A DNA stretch of 64,000 bases, taken from NCBI GenBank assembly GCA_036785375.1, contig JAWMAR010000069.1:7254001-7318000 (forward strand). The letters run 5' to 3'. Below the pieces are notes generated by a model. It saw nothing but the letters and a program-made list of their open reading frames with translations, searched no databases and had not been told where the DNA came from. Numbering within the stretch: position 1 is the first letter of the stretch; the number at the start of each line of letters is the position of its first letter. This document shows, piece after piece, positions 62,384-64,000 of the stretch. The position numbers and the translations under genes are program-made. The DNA is from Leucoraja ocellata. Lineage: Eukaryota.

Positions 62384-63647
62384 CCAGTTTTAATCATATC
62401 TTTTTGATACTATGTTCACTGAAATACGATCTATATCTGTGATTTGAGGGAATGGGTAGATGGATTATAATGTGAATAAATGTGAGGTTATCCTCTTTGG
62501 TGTTATAAAAACAAATGCAGATTATTATCTAATAGGTAATCCAATCAGAAATAGAAAGATGCAATCACACGTGGATGGCCTTGTGCAGAGTTCAGTGAAA
62601 CTCTTAGGCTTGGGTGTTTGGTTGTGGGTGACCTGGTTCCTGACTTCCCTGTATTGTTCATTTGTCTGGATGCTTTCATGTCTATTGAAGAATTTGAAAC
62701 ATTAAGAACAAGGCAGCCAACCAAATTGACAGCCCATCTAACAGTGCAAGCATTCTCTTTCATGAACACTGGCACCATTGTTACCCGGAAAATACATTGC
62801 TCCAAATTGCCAGTGGTTCTTCAAGAGACAAACCCACAATATCTACCACCTTGGACAGCAGATACATGGAAATATCATCATTTTTATTCTCCCTCACTTC
62901 ATAACTAACAAACCATCATCACTGGTTGAAAAGTAATTAATGTGGGTGTCAGGGGTTATGGGGAGAAGGCAGGAAAATTGGGTTGAGAGGGAAAGATAGA
63001 TCAGCCATGATTGAATGGTGGTGTAGACTTGATGGGCTGCATAGTCTAATTTGGCTCCTATAACCTATGAACATATGAACTCCCAAATAACAGTGATTAA
63101 TTGAGCAATGATAGAAGGCAACTCTGCAATACTTTCTCAATGACTATAACCATGGACAATAGCGCTGGTAATGTTCACACTGCATGCATGAATAAATATT
63201 TGGTAAATGGAGCCCGTTGAAGACGCAGTCTCACTTTGCAGTTTCCAGGAATTGCTTTCTAAGCTCCCATCTACTCAATTGTATCAGCAAGTCATTAATG
63301 ACCTGCTCTCCGCTGCTAATCCTCCCATCCACCAGCCCTTCAACATCCTTCATTGAAATCCAAATGTCTTCGATCAAATTGTCATTAATTATTCATTGAG
63401 GCATCATAGGACGATCACTGTTCCTCATATAATATTCATTCCACTGCAAAATGAGGATGTAGAAAGGTTGTGAGTTTTTGCCTTGGGCCTTATGAATATC
63501 AAACGGTTCTGTCCTCAAAACCCTTGTAAAATTTGGAACAACAGTTGCGTAGAGGATTTGTTGCATAATCTAGTCAAAGACTTGTGTTCCCAGGGATTCG
63601 ACGTGTTCCTGAGCTGAACCCATCTCAGTCAAAATCACTAAACATTA

Positions 63648-63813
63648 TGTGTATGAAGGAACAGCAGATGCTGGTTTAAACCAAAGAAAGAAACAAGATG
63701 CCGGTGTAACTCAGCGGGACAGGCAGCATGTCAACCCGAAACTTTACCCATTCCTTCTCTCCAGAGATGTTGCCTGTCCCGCTGAGTTACTCCTGCATTT
63801 TGTGTCTATCTTT
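63648..63813. mobile_element. Penelope-derived inverted-arm element
   Basis: GTAACTCAGCGGGACAGGCAGCAT is the inverse of ATGTTGCCTGTCCCGCTGAGTTAC. Confidence 0.8.
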
Positions 63814-64000
63814 AATTAAACACCTTTCCTGTTTGAGAGGGGTGGAATAGGTTAAGGAGAAATTCCAGGAGATTGGTCATTATCAAAATGTCAAACGTTG
63901 GCCTGGGAATTTGAATTTTCTTCTTGTTTTTCACCCTTTGTCCCGGGCATTGCACAACATACGTTGGTGAGGAAATCGGTGTTCTTTTGTGCTGTTTTGC

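Noticed and set aside
1-64000. CRISPR array or prokaryotic operon
   Set aside because: The recurring 30-40 bp motifs are dispersed TE pieces in both orientations, not regularly spaced repeats; the window is eukaryotic.

Overview
Non-coding vertebrate DNA, most likely from a cartilaginous fish (skate or ray). This is inferred from the repeat content: HE1-type tRNA SINEs, HER1/CR1 LINEs, Penelope-derived repeats and CpG decay. I found no convincing host protein-coding exon, so the window looks like a large intron or gene desert. The only recognisable protein remnants belong to transposable elements: a disabled CR1 reverse transcriptase, a Rex1/Babar C-terminus, and Penelope GIY-YIG and RT fragments. 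Main structural observations: (1) more than a dozen short Penelope-derived insertions carry a minimal hammerhead-ribozyme core or its decay products, often with inverted arms, and five have 9-15 bp target-site duplications; (2) a Helitron appears nested 4 bp inside the 5' end of another Helitron, and a third Helitron end runs into a 228-N assembly gap; (3) two solo LTRs share a CTCF-like motif at their 5' edge, one abutting a (GATA)n microsatellite; (4) a decayed SINE/CR1 unit is duplicated in inverted orientation (about 86% identity) around a 1.3 kb spacer; (5) a hAT MITE has a perfect 8-bp TSD. Several repeat-free blocks could be conserved non-coding elements, which cannot be verified from sequence alone. 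Family names come from motif recognition, not database searches.
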